From Bacillus phage PBS1: a stretch of DNA of 32,000 bases. A program made the position numbers and the translations under genes. Shown in pieces: positions 19,143 to 27,843 of this stretch; within the stretch, counting starts at the first letter, position 1, and every line of letters begins with the position of its first letter. A model generated the notes under the pieces. The model saw only the letters and a list, made by a program, of their open reading frames with translations, did not search any database and was not told where the DNA came from. The stretch lies in sequence record NC_043027.1; one strand, given 5' to 3'.

Positions 19143-19153
19143 TAATTACACCT

Positions 19154-19726
19154 CTATTTCTTTTTGTATTTATCAATATTGCTTTTAATTGTTTGAAAGT
19201 CAAAATATTTTGCTTTCACATACTTATATTCAAGTGTTGAATATTTTAAGTTTTCTTCCCATGATTCTTCAAGACAATCATCTATATATTTTACTCTAGT
19301 AAAATCTAACTCATAAGTCCTTAGAAGAGGTGTAATGACTTTATCACATAGATGTTCAGCTAGTCTATTTTCAATAGTATTGACTGAAAAATCATCCCCA
19401 ATAACAATCAATATACTATTTAAATACTTATACTCAATAACTCCTGCTGATACTAAATCCTCAATAAAATAACTAGGTTGAAAATCTGCAATTCCTTTAA
19501 ATACTGCATAATCTCTATCTAAATATTCTTCAAAATAATGGCAAGGCAATGCTGGTTTCTTTAAGTCCTCAATAAAATATTTTTGCCAAATTCCCCAAGT
19601 ATACTTATTAGTACTTTGGATTACAGAGGGATCAATATAAACTTTTTCCATTAAATTTCTTGCATGAGTTATAATAATATATTCAGTCTTACGTCTAAAT
19701 CTCCTATAGTTACGAATAATATACAC
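19154..19726 (-). CDS. Hypothetical, probably baseplate/tail-associated
   Basis: 190 aa between two baseplate-like genes on the same strand; RBS GGAGG. Confidence 0.6.
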   Translation of the reverse strand: MYIIRNYRRFRRKTEYIIITHARNLMEKVYIDPSVIQSTNKYTWGIWQKYFIEDLKKPALPCHYFEEYLDRDYAVFKGIADFQPSYFIEDLVSAGVIEYKYLNSILIVIGDDFSVNTIENRLAEHLCDKVITPLLRTYELDFTRVKYIDDCLEESWEENLKYSTLEYKYVKAKYFDFQTIKSNIDKYKKK

Positions 19727-19741
19727 TTAGATATCCTCCTA

Positions 19742-21697
19742 TTATGCAATCGTTCCTGTAGAATCTCTCCAATTTTTTCCATCATACCATAATGGTTTCT
19801 TTAAATTCTTATCATAAATCTGCATACCTATAAATAGATTTTTTGTTGGGCGATTACTTGTATCATATGAATCATTATTTCTTCCTGAAATTATTAATTT
19901 AATTCCATTAACATCTGTGTAAAATAATTTTCTTGTCTGTAAATTAATGAGAAATTTACCTGCTCCAAAATCTTTTATTGTGCTTCTACTAGTTTGTATG
20001 ATCCATTTGTAATTCACAAATTTCCAAACATCATTATTTCTAATATCATAAATAAGATTATTATTAACTGCAAAATATAAATCACTAAATGTTGTTTCAT
20101 TTTGGGAATAACATGAGAATCCATATTGTTGTGCGCCTATAAATTTTTTAAGAATATCCAATGATGTTAACTCAATTTCTAAAATAGATTCCTCAAGTAG
20201 AGTTTTACTATTAAATAAAGATGTTAATGCCTGAATTTTATTTCCTTCACGTCTAATACTTATTTTAGTACCATTCGGTATATCTTTCCATGCTCCAGTA
20301 GTATCATTGATATTCTTAAAGGCAAGTACCTTTTCATCTGATCTTCCATAATTATAAACTAATGCCCATTGATAATTTACTCCATTAACTTGGACATGTC
20401 CTTGGTCGTTGTTTCTTACTCTTATTGCTGATATTGTATACTCTCTTCCACTAGAATCAGTTGTAAATGCAGCAATTAAACCAATAGTATCATCATCTCC
20501 ATTAGTTGATGAGAGTACTGCTTCATGAACAAAGTTATCATATTTTTCATGACTAACAAAACCTATATATGTGCTAGAATTTACAGTACATTTAATACTA
20601 TCACTAGCGTCATTATAACTCCATTTAGTGATTTCATCAGTAGACGCTGGTTGATCCTCTGATTTCTTAGAATGAGAAAATCTTTGCCATTCATTGTATA
20701 TTTCTTTAAAAGTAACTTCCTTTCCTTTAGCATCAATTAATTCTTGATCATTTTCAATAAAATTTCCTTCATGTAATGTATAATCCAAGGTAACATCACT
20801 AGAGTTGTTAGATGAAATAAAATAAGATTGACCTTCTTTTCCAATAGGCTTATTTTCTAAATCATCCCAAGTTCTAGGATCTCCCTTTTCTCCTTTTTCA
20901 CCTCGTTCGCCTTGTTCACCCTTCTCTCCTTGTTCACCTTTCTCTCCGGGAATTCCGTCCATTCCTGCTGGTCCTGGTTCTCCCCTTGGACCAGGATCAC
21001 CTCTCTCACCTTTTTCACCCCTTTTTCCTTGCTCTCCTTTTTCACCTCGTTCGCCTTGTTCACCTTTCTCTCCTGTTTCTCCCTTCTCACCTTTCTCCCC
21101 CTGTTCTCCTTTTTCACCTCGTTCGCCTTGTTTACCATCTTTTCCTTTCATATCAATTTCCTCTCCATCCTTAAGAAAAGTTATACCTTCAGGACAGATT
21201 CTAATTTGATATGAATCGTTAGTAATATAGAAGCATTTATTGCTCTTATTATATATGAGAGAAAATTCATCAATAATATTTAAAATATTAAATTTATTGC
21301 TTTCTTCTCTGAGAGATTTAGTGAATTTATTATCACTGATATCCCCATAAATATTATAGTTAAGATAGTATGCTCTTTGAGGATCACCATCTAAAAATAC
21401 AACAACAACATGTTCTCCTTTTTCTGGTATTATAAGTTGCTGATTTTTAATTAATGGCTTACATACAATCCCATTAATAGTTTTAACAGATGTTTTTGTT
21501 ATATCATTTCCAATTATATTTGTATTCTTTATATTCTCATTTGCAATTAATATATTATCTTTTTCATTTATACTTATAAATAGTTTAGGTATATATACAA
21601 TAATTGAGTTATCGTCATTACTTTCCATAACGATTCCATCAAAAACTCCTTCAAAATTTGCATTTGTTAATAAGTTATTCTCAAATACATCTAGCAT
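19742..21697 (-). CDS. Tail spike/hub-like protein: gp5-type OB-like N-terminus, collagen-like Gly-X-Y tract, lectin-like C-terminal region
   Basis: 651 aa; '[30 protein letters not shown]', then '[30 protein letters not shown]...[22 protein letters not shown]...', then '[26 protein letters not shown]...[18 protein letters not shown]'; RBS AGGAGG. Confidence 0.8.
   Translation of the reverse strand: MLDVFENNLLTNANFEGVFDGIVMESNDDNSIIVYIPKLFISINEKDNILIANENIKNTNIIGNDITKTSVKTINGIVCKPLIKNQQLIIPEKGEHVVVVFLDGDPQRAYYLNYNIYGDISDNKFTKSLREESNKFNILNIIDEFSLIYNKSNKCFYITNDSYQIRICPEGITFLKDGEEIDMKGKDGKQGERGEKGEQGEKGEKGETGEKGEQGERGEKGEQGKRGEKGERGDPGPRGEPGPAGMDGIPGEKGEQGEKGEQGERGEKGEKGDPRTWDDLENKPIGKEGQSYFISSNNSSDVTLDYTLHEGNFIENDQELIDAKGKEVTFKEIYNEWQRFSHSKKSEDQPASTDEITKWSYNDASDSIKCTVNSSTYIGFVSHEKYDNFVHEAVLSSTNGDDDTIGLIAAFTTDSSGREYTISAIRVRNNDQGHVQVNGVNYQWALVYNYGRSDEKVLAFKNINDTTGAWKDIPNGTKISIRREGNKIQALTSLFNSKTLLEESILEIELTSLDILKKFIGAQQYGFSCYSQNETTFSDLYFAVNNNLIYDIRNNDVWKFVNYKWIIQTSRSTIKDFGAGKFLINLQTRKLFYTDVNGIKLIISGRNNDSYDTSNRPTKNLFIGMQIYDKNLKKPLWYDGKNWRDSTGTIA
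20878..21147 (-). repeat. Collagen-like Gly-X-Y coding repeat (about 30 triplets, 9- to 18-nt nucleotide periodicity)
   Basis: Tandem variants of ccttgttcacctttctctcc / ttttcacctcgttcgccttg on the + strand. Confidence 0.95.
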
Positions 21698-21801
21698 TAT
21701 TAAATTCCTCCTTCTCTAAGTAATTGTTCAAAGTTTATTTAAAAAATGAAATTTATATTATAATAAAGATAAAAATATAATAAATAAATGGAGGAAGAAC
21801 A

Positions 21802-22437
21802 ATGATTTGTGTAATTGACAAGGTTGATAGTGAATGGAGTAAAAAAGCAAAATATGCAATCTTTCATTGTTTGAGAACTTTACAAAAAAATAAAATGATA
21901 GATTATCTTTATATGAAAAGGGTAGATTCTGTTATTTTAAGAAATAGAATGGATAATGAAAAAGAAACTTTACAGGGATACTATGAATTTCATAAAAAAA
22001 GAATCACAATTATTCTGGATAGTAAATTTTTACTTACAGAAGGTGATATAATATATACATTCCTTCATGAATTAGGGCATCATTTTTGTGGTGAACATAC
22101 TTTCTTTAACCAAGATTACAATCCAAATAAAATGAATATAGAATATTGTGAAGAAGAATTAAAAGCTGATAGTTTAGCAAGAATATTATTAATTAAGTTC
22201 TTTGATAGAAACATTTTTAAGGATATTATTGAAAATGTAGATAATAGAATAAGCTTCTTTAAAAGAAAGTATAAATCGCTTAAGAACCCAAATATATGGA
22301 AAAAAGTTATATCAAATGATCCTTGGGTTTCTTTTACAATGAATTATAGTGTTAAGAAAGAAAATCCAACATATAGTACTAGTTTTGACAATAAGAATAT
22401 CAATCCAACTTCATTTTCAATAAGACTTATATCTTAA
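21802..22437 (+). CDS. HExxH zinc metallopeptidase-like protein
   Basis: 211 aa; 'IIYTFLHELGHHFCGEHTFF...EYCEEELKADSLARILL'; GGAGGAAG RBS. Confidence 0.75.
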   Translation: MICVIDKVDSEWSKKAKYAIFHCLRTLQKNKMIDYLYMKRVDSVILRNRMDNEKETLQGYYEFHKKRITIILDSKFLLTEGDIIYTFLHELGHHFCGEHTFFNQDYNPNKMNIEYCEEELKADSLARILLIKFFDRNIFKDIIENVDNRISFFKRKYKSLKNPNIWKKVISNDPWVSFTMNYSVKKENPTYSTSFDNKNINPTSFSIRLIS

Positions 22438-22449
22438 AGGAGAAATATT

Positions 22450-22614
22450 ATGATTAGGCTAACAAAAGGAAAATTACAAAAAGTAATCAAACAGCATCCT
22501 ACTTGGACATTAAATGAAATAGCAGACGAACTAGATGTAAGTAAAACAACTATTAGGAGATGCATTAAGAGTTTTAATATCGATTATAAGAATAAGAGAA
22601 GAGGTAGTCTATGA
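22450..22614 (+). CDS. 54-aa helix-turn-helix DNA-binding protein
   Basis: Not in the supplied ORF track. MIRLTKGKLQKVIKQHPTWTLNEIADELDVSKTTIRRCIKSFNIDYKNKRRGSL*; AAAGGAGA RBS; ATGA overlap with the next gene. Confidence 0.8.
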   Translation: MIRLTKGKLQKVIKQHPTWTLNEIADELDVSKTTIRRCIKSFNIDYKNKRRGSL

Positions 22615-23060
22615 CAGAAGAATATTCACATCATACTCTTTATCGAGAATCACATCTTTCATTTTCATTACTTAAAGAGATTCTATCAGAAAATGATGAA
22701 ACATTAGAACTAAAAGATGATAAAATATTTCTTTCAGGAATACCATTGAGAGACAATTATGATAAGATGCTTTTAGTATATAGTGATTCTTCTAAAAAAT
22801 TAAGAAGAAAAAATAAAAAGAAATATGACTATTTTAATGCTTTTAAAAATCAAGAGCATAATGAATATATTATTCACTTTTTAACCTTAGCAGATAATAA
22901 TATTGATTGTATCGAAATTGAAGAGATGAATGATAAATTTTCAGTAAAATTTAAAAATATTGATAACAAGGTATTGAAAGAAAGGGTATCTGAATGTAAT
23001 ATAAATGATAAAAATAAAATAATAATGGATATGTTACTTAAATATTATAATATTATTTAA
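22611..23060 (+). CDS. Hypothetical protein
   Basis: 149 aa, start overlaps the upstream stop (ATGA). Confidence 0.65.
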   Translation: MTEEYSHHTLYRESHLSFSLLKEILSENDETLELKDDKIFLSGIPLRDNYDKMLLVYSDSSKKLRRKNKKKYDYFNAFKNQEHNEYIIHFLTLADNNIDCIEIEEMNDKFSVKFKNIDNKVLKERVSECNINDKNKIIMDMLLKYYNII

Positions 23061-23086
23061 GAGATAGAGGGAAGAGGAGAGACAAA

Positions 23087-24304
23087 TTGGCTGATATAAC
23101 TCTTACTGATAAACAAAATAAAGCTAAAAATGAATGTCTTGATTGGTATTTTGGTAGGGAGACCAACGGTAAAGATCCAGACAGAATATTCACTATTGCA
23201 GGATTAGCAGGTACAGGAAAATCAACATTAGTTAAATTTATAATTGAAGAGATAGGTTTAGATGTTGATGAGGTAGTATTTATTGCATATACAGGAATGG
23301 CGGCAAACGTTCTAACACGAAAGGGAAATGTAGGTGCTAGTACTATTCACAAATTTATCTATCATGCTATTCCTGTTAAAGATCCAGAAACAGGTGAAAT
23401 CCTTAAATTTATATTCAGGTTAAAAGAAAAAGATGAAATGGATGATAAAATTAAATTAGTTGTAATTGATGAAGTATCAATGGTAGATACAGGAATGCTT
23501 AACGAAGTACACTCTTTTGGTATTAGGACAATGGCTCTTGGGGATCCGGGACAATTGCTCCCAGTCGGCAATAGTAGTAACACTCTATTACAAAATCCAG
23601 ATGTTTTTCTTGATGAGATTATGAGACAAGCATTAGATAACCCAATTATTTATTTATCAATGTTGGCAAGGGAGGGAAAATTTATATCATATGGAACTCA
23701 TGGAGATAGGGTACAGGTAATTAGAAGGCATGAGTTATATAAAGACATGTTTTTAGGTGCAGATCAAATAATTGCTGGTTATAATAAGACTGTACAAAGT
23801 ATTAATGCTTATCATAGACGATTTATATTGGGAATAGAAAATCCATTTCCTGTAGAGGGAGATAAGATTATTTGTGGAAAAAATCAATGGGAACACACTA
23901 TTTATGAAGATAATTTAGAAGTTTCATTAGTAAATGGTCTTATAGGTAGAATAGAATCTATTGAAAATCAAAAAAGATCTGCTACATATAAGATAAGTTT
24001 TAGACCAGAATTCTTTAAAGAAGAAAAATTCCCTAAATTATATATGAATAAAATTCCTTTTATGAATGAAAAGGTAAGGGAATCATTTGATGAAAAATCT
24101 CTTTATGTATTTAGAAAGAAAATTATTGAAACTTATGGTATTAGTGAATTTAAATTTGGATATGCCATTAGTTGTCATAAAAGCCAAGGTTCTGAATTTG
24201 ATAATGTACTATTGTTTGAGGAAAGATTAAATAAGAAATTTCATAAAAATTGGTTATACACAGGAATTACTAGAGCAAAAGAAAAATTAATTTTAGTTAG
24301 ATAG
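23087..24304 (+). CDS. SF1B DNA helicase (RecD2/Dda-like)
   Basis: 405 aa, TTG start with GGGAAGAGGAG RBS; 'FTIAGLAGTGKSTLVKF' (Walker A), 'KLVVIDEVSMVD' (DEVS), 'MALGDPGQLLPV', 'FGYAISCHKSQGSEFDNVLLF', 'LYTGITRAKEKLILV'. Confidence 0.92.
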   Translation: MADITLTDKQNKAKNECLDWYFGRETNGKDPDRIFTIAGLAGTGKSTLVKFIIEEIGLDVDEVVFIAYTGMAANVLTRKGNVGASTIHKFIYHAIPVKDPETGEILKFIFRLKEKDEMDDKIKLVVIDEVSMVDTGMLNEVHSFGIRTMALGDPGQLLPVGNSSNTLLQNPDVFLDEIMRQALDNPIIYLSMLAREGKFISYGTHGDRVQVIRRHELYKDMFLGADQIIAGYNKTVQSINAYHRRFILGIENPFPVEGDKIICGKNQWEHTIYEDNLEVSLVNGLIGRIESIENQKRSATYKISFRPEFFKEEKFPKLYMNKIPFMNEKVRESFDEKSLYVFRKKIIETYGISEFKFGYAISCHKSQGSEFDNVLLFEERLNKKFHKNWLYTGITRAKEKLILVR

Positions 24305-24351
24305 GTAATTATGAATACTAGAAAATTAGAGAAATAAGGGGAGAATTTATA

Positions 24352-25086
24352 ATGACTAATTGGGTGATCAGTGATCCACATTTTGGACATAAAGGTATTT
24401 TAAAATATGAAAAAATAAGAGATTTTAATGATACTGATGAAATGGATGAAGCTATTATCAAAAATTTCAATGATACTGTATCTGAAGGTGATACAGTATT
24501 TTGGCTTGGAGATATGTTTTTCTGTAAGACAGAAAGAATGAAATATATTGTAGATAAGCTTAAGAAGACTAGAAATATTCTTGTTCTTGGTAATCATGAT
24601 AATGGTGTTTCAAAAACTAAATTTAAACGTTTTGGATTTATGCCTTATAGAATGTATCAATATAAAGATCTTATTCTTACTCATGAACCACTCAGTGAAG
24701 TTAATCTTAGGATTCTTTCTGATTACGGTATTACTAAAAATATCCATGGACATCTTCATAGTAATATTGAAGGTATGAATCAAGATAAATATAAGTGTGT
24801 AAGTATTGAATGTACGGATCTGAAGCCAATTAATATTGATAGTTTATCTAGTATTAATCCATTCTTTGAATATAATATTAAATTTAACGTCACTAATGCA
24901 TTTGGAATGATTTGTCTTCCACTTTATAAAATACCTTCGGAAAAAGAATTAAGTATTGATGAAGTTAAAGAAATGGCAATAAATCTTCTTAATAAACAAG
25001 AGAATGACTATGTTATTAATGAGATTAAAATTACGAAGAAAGTACTATTAGATACTGAAATTACTCTGCTGAGAGGAGCTAGATAA
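24352..25086 (+). CDS. Calcineurin-like metallophosphoesterase
   Basis: 244 aa; 'VISDPHFGHKGIL', 'VFWLGDMFF', 'ILVLGNHDNG', 'DLILTHEPL', 'NIHGHLHSN'. Confidence 0.88.
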   Translation: MTNWVISDPHFGHKGILKYEKIRDFNDTDEMDEAIIKNFNDTVSEGDTVFWLGDMFFCKTERMKYIVDKLKKTRNILVLGNHDNGVSKTKFKRFGFMPYRMYQYKDLILTHEPLSEVNLRILSDYGITKNIHGHLHSNIEGMNQDKYKCVSIECTDLKPINIDSLSSINPFFEYNIKFNVTNAFGMICLPLYKIPSEKELSIDEVKEMAINLLNKQENDYVINEIKITKKVLLDTEITLLRGAR

Positions 25087-25088
25087 AC

Positions 25089-25412
25089 ATGGACAATGAT
25101 ATTATGAAAGTGTATTATGAGGAAAATAAAGAGGAATTATTAGAATGTGCAAAAGAATCTCTTCTCACTGCAAATGAAGCTGAAAAATCTCTTAAAGAAA
25201 GAGAAAATAATGAATTTTATTGCCCTAATGAAAATGAATTCGATAAGGTAAGTAAAGAAGAATTTAACAGTTATTTAATGAATAAAGATTATCGAATGCG
25301 ACCAGTATCAATAGATAGAGAATTATATATTGATAACAATAAGAATACTGTTATAGCAGTTAGATTTCTCTCAATGTATGATAATCCTGAAAGATATATT
25401 GTCTTAAGATAG
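25089..25412 (+). CDS. Hypothetical acidic protein
   Basis: 107-aa ORF immediately downstream of the phosphoesterase. Confidence 0.6.
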   Translation: MDNDIMKVYYEENKEELLECAKESLLTANEAEKSLKERENNEFYCPNENEFDKVSKEEFNSYLMNKDYRMRPVSIDRELYIDNNKNTVIAVRFLSMYDNPERYIVLR

Positions 25413-25502
25413 GTTAAATAACTATCTTCAAATTAATTATGCTATTAATGATTACAAAAAAAAGTCTACTATGACACTATAAAATAATAAAGGATGATTA
25501 AT

Positions 25503-25721
25503 ATGTATAATATAGGTACACAATTTAAGTTAAAAGAAGAAATTCAAATAGGGAAAGAAAAATTTTCAGAATCAACAATAGTCGAGATTGATTCCTATGT
25601 TAATGATAATAGTATACAATATAATCTTTTATTTAAAGATAAAGAGAAAAATAAAAATGTTATCCATTTTGCTTTTCCTGAAGTATTTATTGAAAAAAAT
25701 TTAATAATTCTTAATAAATAA
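25503..25721 (+). CDS. Hypothetical 72-aa protein
   Basis: ATG 25503 with AAAGGATG RBS (ORF track starts 9 nt upstream). Confidence 0.55.
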   Translation: MYNIGTQFKLKEEIQIGKEKFSESTIVEIDSYVNDNSIQYNLLFKDKEKNKNVIHFAFPEVFIEKNLIILNK

Positions 25722-25725
25722 TTTT

Positions 25726-25760
25726 AAAAAATAACTCTCTAAAAGAGAGTTATTTTTTTT
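25726..25760. terminator. Bidirectional intrinsic terminator
   Basis: aaaaaATAACTCTCT-aaa-AGAGAGTTATttttttt between convergent genes. Confidence 0.88.
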
Positions 25761-26403
25761 ATCGTTTAAATACATGATTTCCAATAACTTTAACGGTTGG
25801 TCTACTATCCAACCATCTACTTGTTGCTGTTGAAGGATTATAAAAATAAAGTGAACCTTGTCCGTTTCCTCCAATATTAAATGCTTCATTTACTGCTCTT
25901 ACAGACTCAGAATCAGCTGATTTGTAAATAGAGCCATTTGAAACTGGAGAAAATTGACCACTTTCATAAATAACTCCTTGAATAGAATTCGGGAATTGAT
26001 CATTATTTACACGATTTAAAACGACTTTAGCAACTTCTACTTTACCAGCATAAGGTTCACTTTCAGCTTCTGCTCTAACTAATCTAGCTAATAAATCTCT
26101 ATCACTAGATGGTGCTTTAACTTCCGATGAAGTAGTTTGCTTTGACTGTTTAGTATTTTTAACTGTAGGTTTAGAAACAGATTCACCTTTAGCTGGGATA
26201 ATAATATTTTGACCAATCAAAATTAAATCATCCCATTTATTATTTGCTTTTCTTAGTTCATAAAGTGTGATACCATTTGTTTGACTTATTCCCCAAAGCG
26301 TTTCTCCTTTTTGAACTGTATGGTTTGTAGCCGCATATGCTTTATTTGCCAATAATACGGGGATGGCTAATAAGAATGCTAAAACTATTAGAGCCTTCTT
26401 CAT
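25759..26403 (-). CDS. SleB/Hydrolase_2-type cell wall hydrolase with signal peptide and LysM domain
   Basis: 'MKKALIVLAFLLAIPVLLANKAYA' signal; 'TVQKGETLWGISQTNGITLYELRKANN...ILIGQNIIIP' LysM; 'LLARLVRAEAESEPYAGKVEVAKVVLNRVNNDQFPNSIQGVIYESGQFSPV...' SleB/CwlJ-type catalytic domain. AAGGAG upstream of ATG 26403. Confidence 0.9.
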   Translation of the reverse strand: MKKALIVLAFLLAIPVLLANKAYAATNHTVQKGETLWGISQTNGITLYELRKANNKWDDLILIGQNIIIPAKGESVSKPTVKNTKQSKQTTSSEVKAPSSDRDLLARLVRAEAESEPYAGKVEVAKVVLNRVNNDQFPNSIQGVIYESGQFSPVSNGSIYKSADSESVRAVNEAFNIGGNGQGSLYFYNPSTATSRWLDSRPTVKVIGNHVFKR

Positions 26404-26492
26404 GTATATCATCTCCTTAATTATTATGATATTTTGTTTAATTCAATGTTATAAAAACTGCTCATTTTTTAAGGAAATTTTTAAGAAGGGAT

Positions 26493-26663
26493 ATGAAGAA
26501 ATTGAATTACTTTTCAAATAGAAATATTGATGATATTATAAATGAAAGCAACACAAGTAAAAAAATATTTTTAAGTGATAAAGAAAAGATATTAATGAAA
26601 GCAGGGAAAAATCCTGTAAAAATTAATTATAGAAAAATTAAGAAGAAAAAAAGAAAAGGTTAA
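26493..26663 (+). CDS. Small basic 56-aa protein
   Basis: Not in the ORF track: MKKLNYFSNRNIDDIINESNTSKKIFLSDKEKILMKAGKNPVKINYRKIKKKKRKG*; AGAAGGG upstream. Confidence 0.45.
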   Translation: MKKLNYFSNRNIDDIINESNTSKKIFLSDKEKILMKAGKNPVKINYRKIKKKKRKG

Positions 26664-26701
26664 CAGTAAATTAAGATATAAAATTATAAGGAGAAGACAT
26701 T

Positions 26702-27424
26702 ATGCTTAATTTTATTGGTACTGGAAGTGCATTTAATACTAAACTTGGAAATAATTCTGCTTTTATTAAAAAGGACAAAACCTTATTTCTAATTGATTGC
26801 GGTAGTACAACATTTAGTCGAATGCAAGAAGCTAAATTATTAGATGATGTTGAAAAGATAGCTGTACTCTTAACTCATACGCATCCTGATCATGTAGGTT
26901 CTCTGGGTGACTTAATCTTATATGGTTACTATTCAATGGGAAAATTAGGAGAACCAAATGTTACTGTTTATACCCCTAATCTCTTAAGAATTGAAAATCT
27001 ACTTTGGTCACAGGGAGTTTCAACAAAAACATATAATTTAGTTCAATTTTTTGATAAACGTTTTATAAGATTCGGTGCTCAAGAAATAGGTTTAATTGCA
27101 TTAGAAGTTGAACATGTTTTAGAATTGAATTGCTTTAGTTATATTATCAACTATGATGATAAAACAATATATTATAGTGGAGATTCAAATGAAATTCCTA
27201 ATCAGATCATTAAAATGCTAGAGAATGGTAAGATTGATATATTCTATCAAGATACATGTAAAGTAGATTATTCTGGAAATGTTCACCTATCATTAAAGAA
27301 ATTAGAATCACTTATTAAACCAGAATATAGAGATAAAGTGTATTGTATGCATCTTGATAACGATTTTATTGAAGAAGAAGCATGGGATTTAGGTTTTAAG
27401 GTAGTTGAATCGATAATTAATTAG
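26702..27424 (+). CDS. MBL-fold metallohydrolase (RNase Z/phosphodiesterase-like)
   Basis: 240 aa; 'FIGTGSAFNTKLGNNSAFI', 'LLTHTHPDHVGSLGDL', 'YYSGDSNE', 'YQDTCKVDYSGNVHLSL', 'VYCMHLDNDF'. Confidence 0.88.
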   Translation: MLNFIGTGSAFNTKLGNNSAFIKKDKTLFLIDCGSTTFSRMQEAKLLDDVEKIAVLLTHTHPDHVGSLGDLILYGYYSMGKLGEPNVTVYTPNLLRIENLLWSQGVSTKTYNLVQFFDKRFIRFGAQEIGLIALEVEHVLELNCFSYIINYDDKTIYYSGDSNEIPNQIIKMLENGKIDIFYQDTCKVDYSGNVHLSLKKLESLIKPEYRDKVYCMHLDNDFIEEEAWDLGFKVVESIIN

Positions 27425-27436
27425 GAGGAATATATT

Positions 27437-27700
27437 ATGACGGTAGATGCAATTAATAAATATATTAAACCATATCTTGCAGAAAATATTGAAAAGGATG
27501 CAGTATTCCATATTCAAACGACTAGTGTAAACTATTTTTATACATCACGAATGGAAGATATTCAATTTGATGATACAACTGAAATTATGTCATTTAGAGA
27601 TGTTGATAGTCGAGTGCTTTTTCACATAGATTATAGTGATATTAATATTGTTGCTAGAAAAGATAAAGCAAATGATTTTAACTTAGCAATTTATTCATAA
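27437..27700 (+). CDS. Hypothetical 87-aa protein
   Basis: ORF 12 nt downstream with TAGGAGG RBS, probably cotranscribed with the MBL gene. Confidence 0.65.
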   Translation: MTVDAINKYIKPYLAENIEKDAVFHIQTTSVNYFYTSRMEDIQFDDTTEIMSFRDVDSRVLFHIDYSDINIVARKDKANDFNLAIYS

Positions 27701-27702
27701 TT

Positions 27703-27740
27703 ATAATACCATAAGGGAAACCTTATGGTATTATTTATTT
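27703..27740 (+). terminator. Intrinsic terminator
   Basis: Perfect 14-bp stem ATAATACCATAAGG-GAAA-CCTTATGGTATTAT, then T-rich tail. Confidence 0.9.
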
Positions 27741-27780
27741 AACTAAAATTGAAAATGAATAACAAAAATATGATTGAAAT

Positions 27781-27810
27781 TTGACCTATTTTATAAATTT
27801 ATATTATTAT
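27781..27810 (+). promoter_or_regulatory. Sigma-A-like promoter candidate for the topoisomerase transcript
   Basis: TTGACC (27781-27786), 18-bp spacer, TATTAT (27805-27810), directly after the terminator. Confidence 0.6.
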
Positions 27811-27843
27811 ATAGATTAAAATATTTAAAATAGGAGATGAAAA

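Noticed and set aside
20878-21147. CRISPR-like array of short repeats
   Set aside because: Repeats are contiguous 9-18 nt units with no unique spacers, fully explained by Gly-X-Y coding.
20857-21214. ORFs 20857-21138 (-), 20912-21214 (+), 20986-21174 (+)
   Set aside because: Alternate frames of the collagen-like repeat; repeats keep all frames open and give spurious periodic proteins.
21725-21764. Possible promoter before the HExxH peptidase gene (TATAAT at 21759-21764)
   Set aside because: A good -10-like box but no acceptable -35 at 16-18 bp; too common in AT-rich DNA to call without transcript data.
23362-23583. 73-aa minus-strand ORF
   Set aside because: Antisense to the SF1B helicase.
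24400-24778. ORFs 24400-24597 (-) and 24581-24778 (+)
   Set aside because: Out-of-frame or antisense within the phosphoesterase gene.
25701-25889. 62-aa minus-strand ORF
   Set aside because: Overlaps the bidirectional terminator and lies in a different frame of the SleB-type gene.
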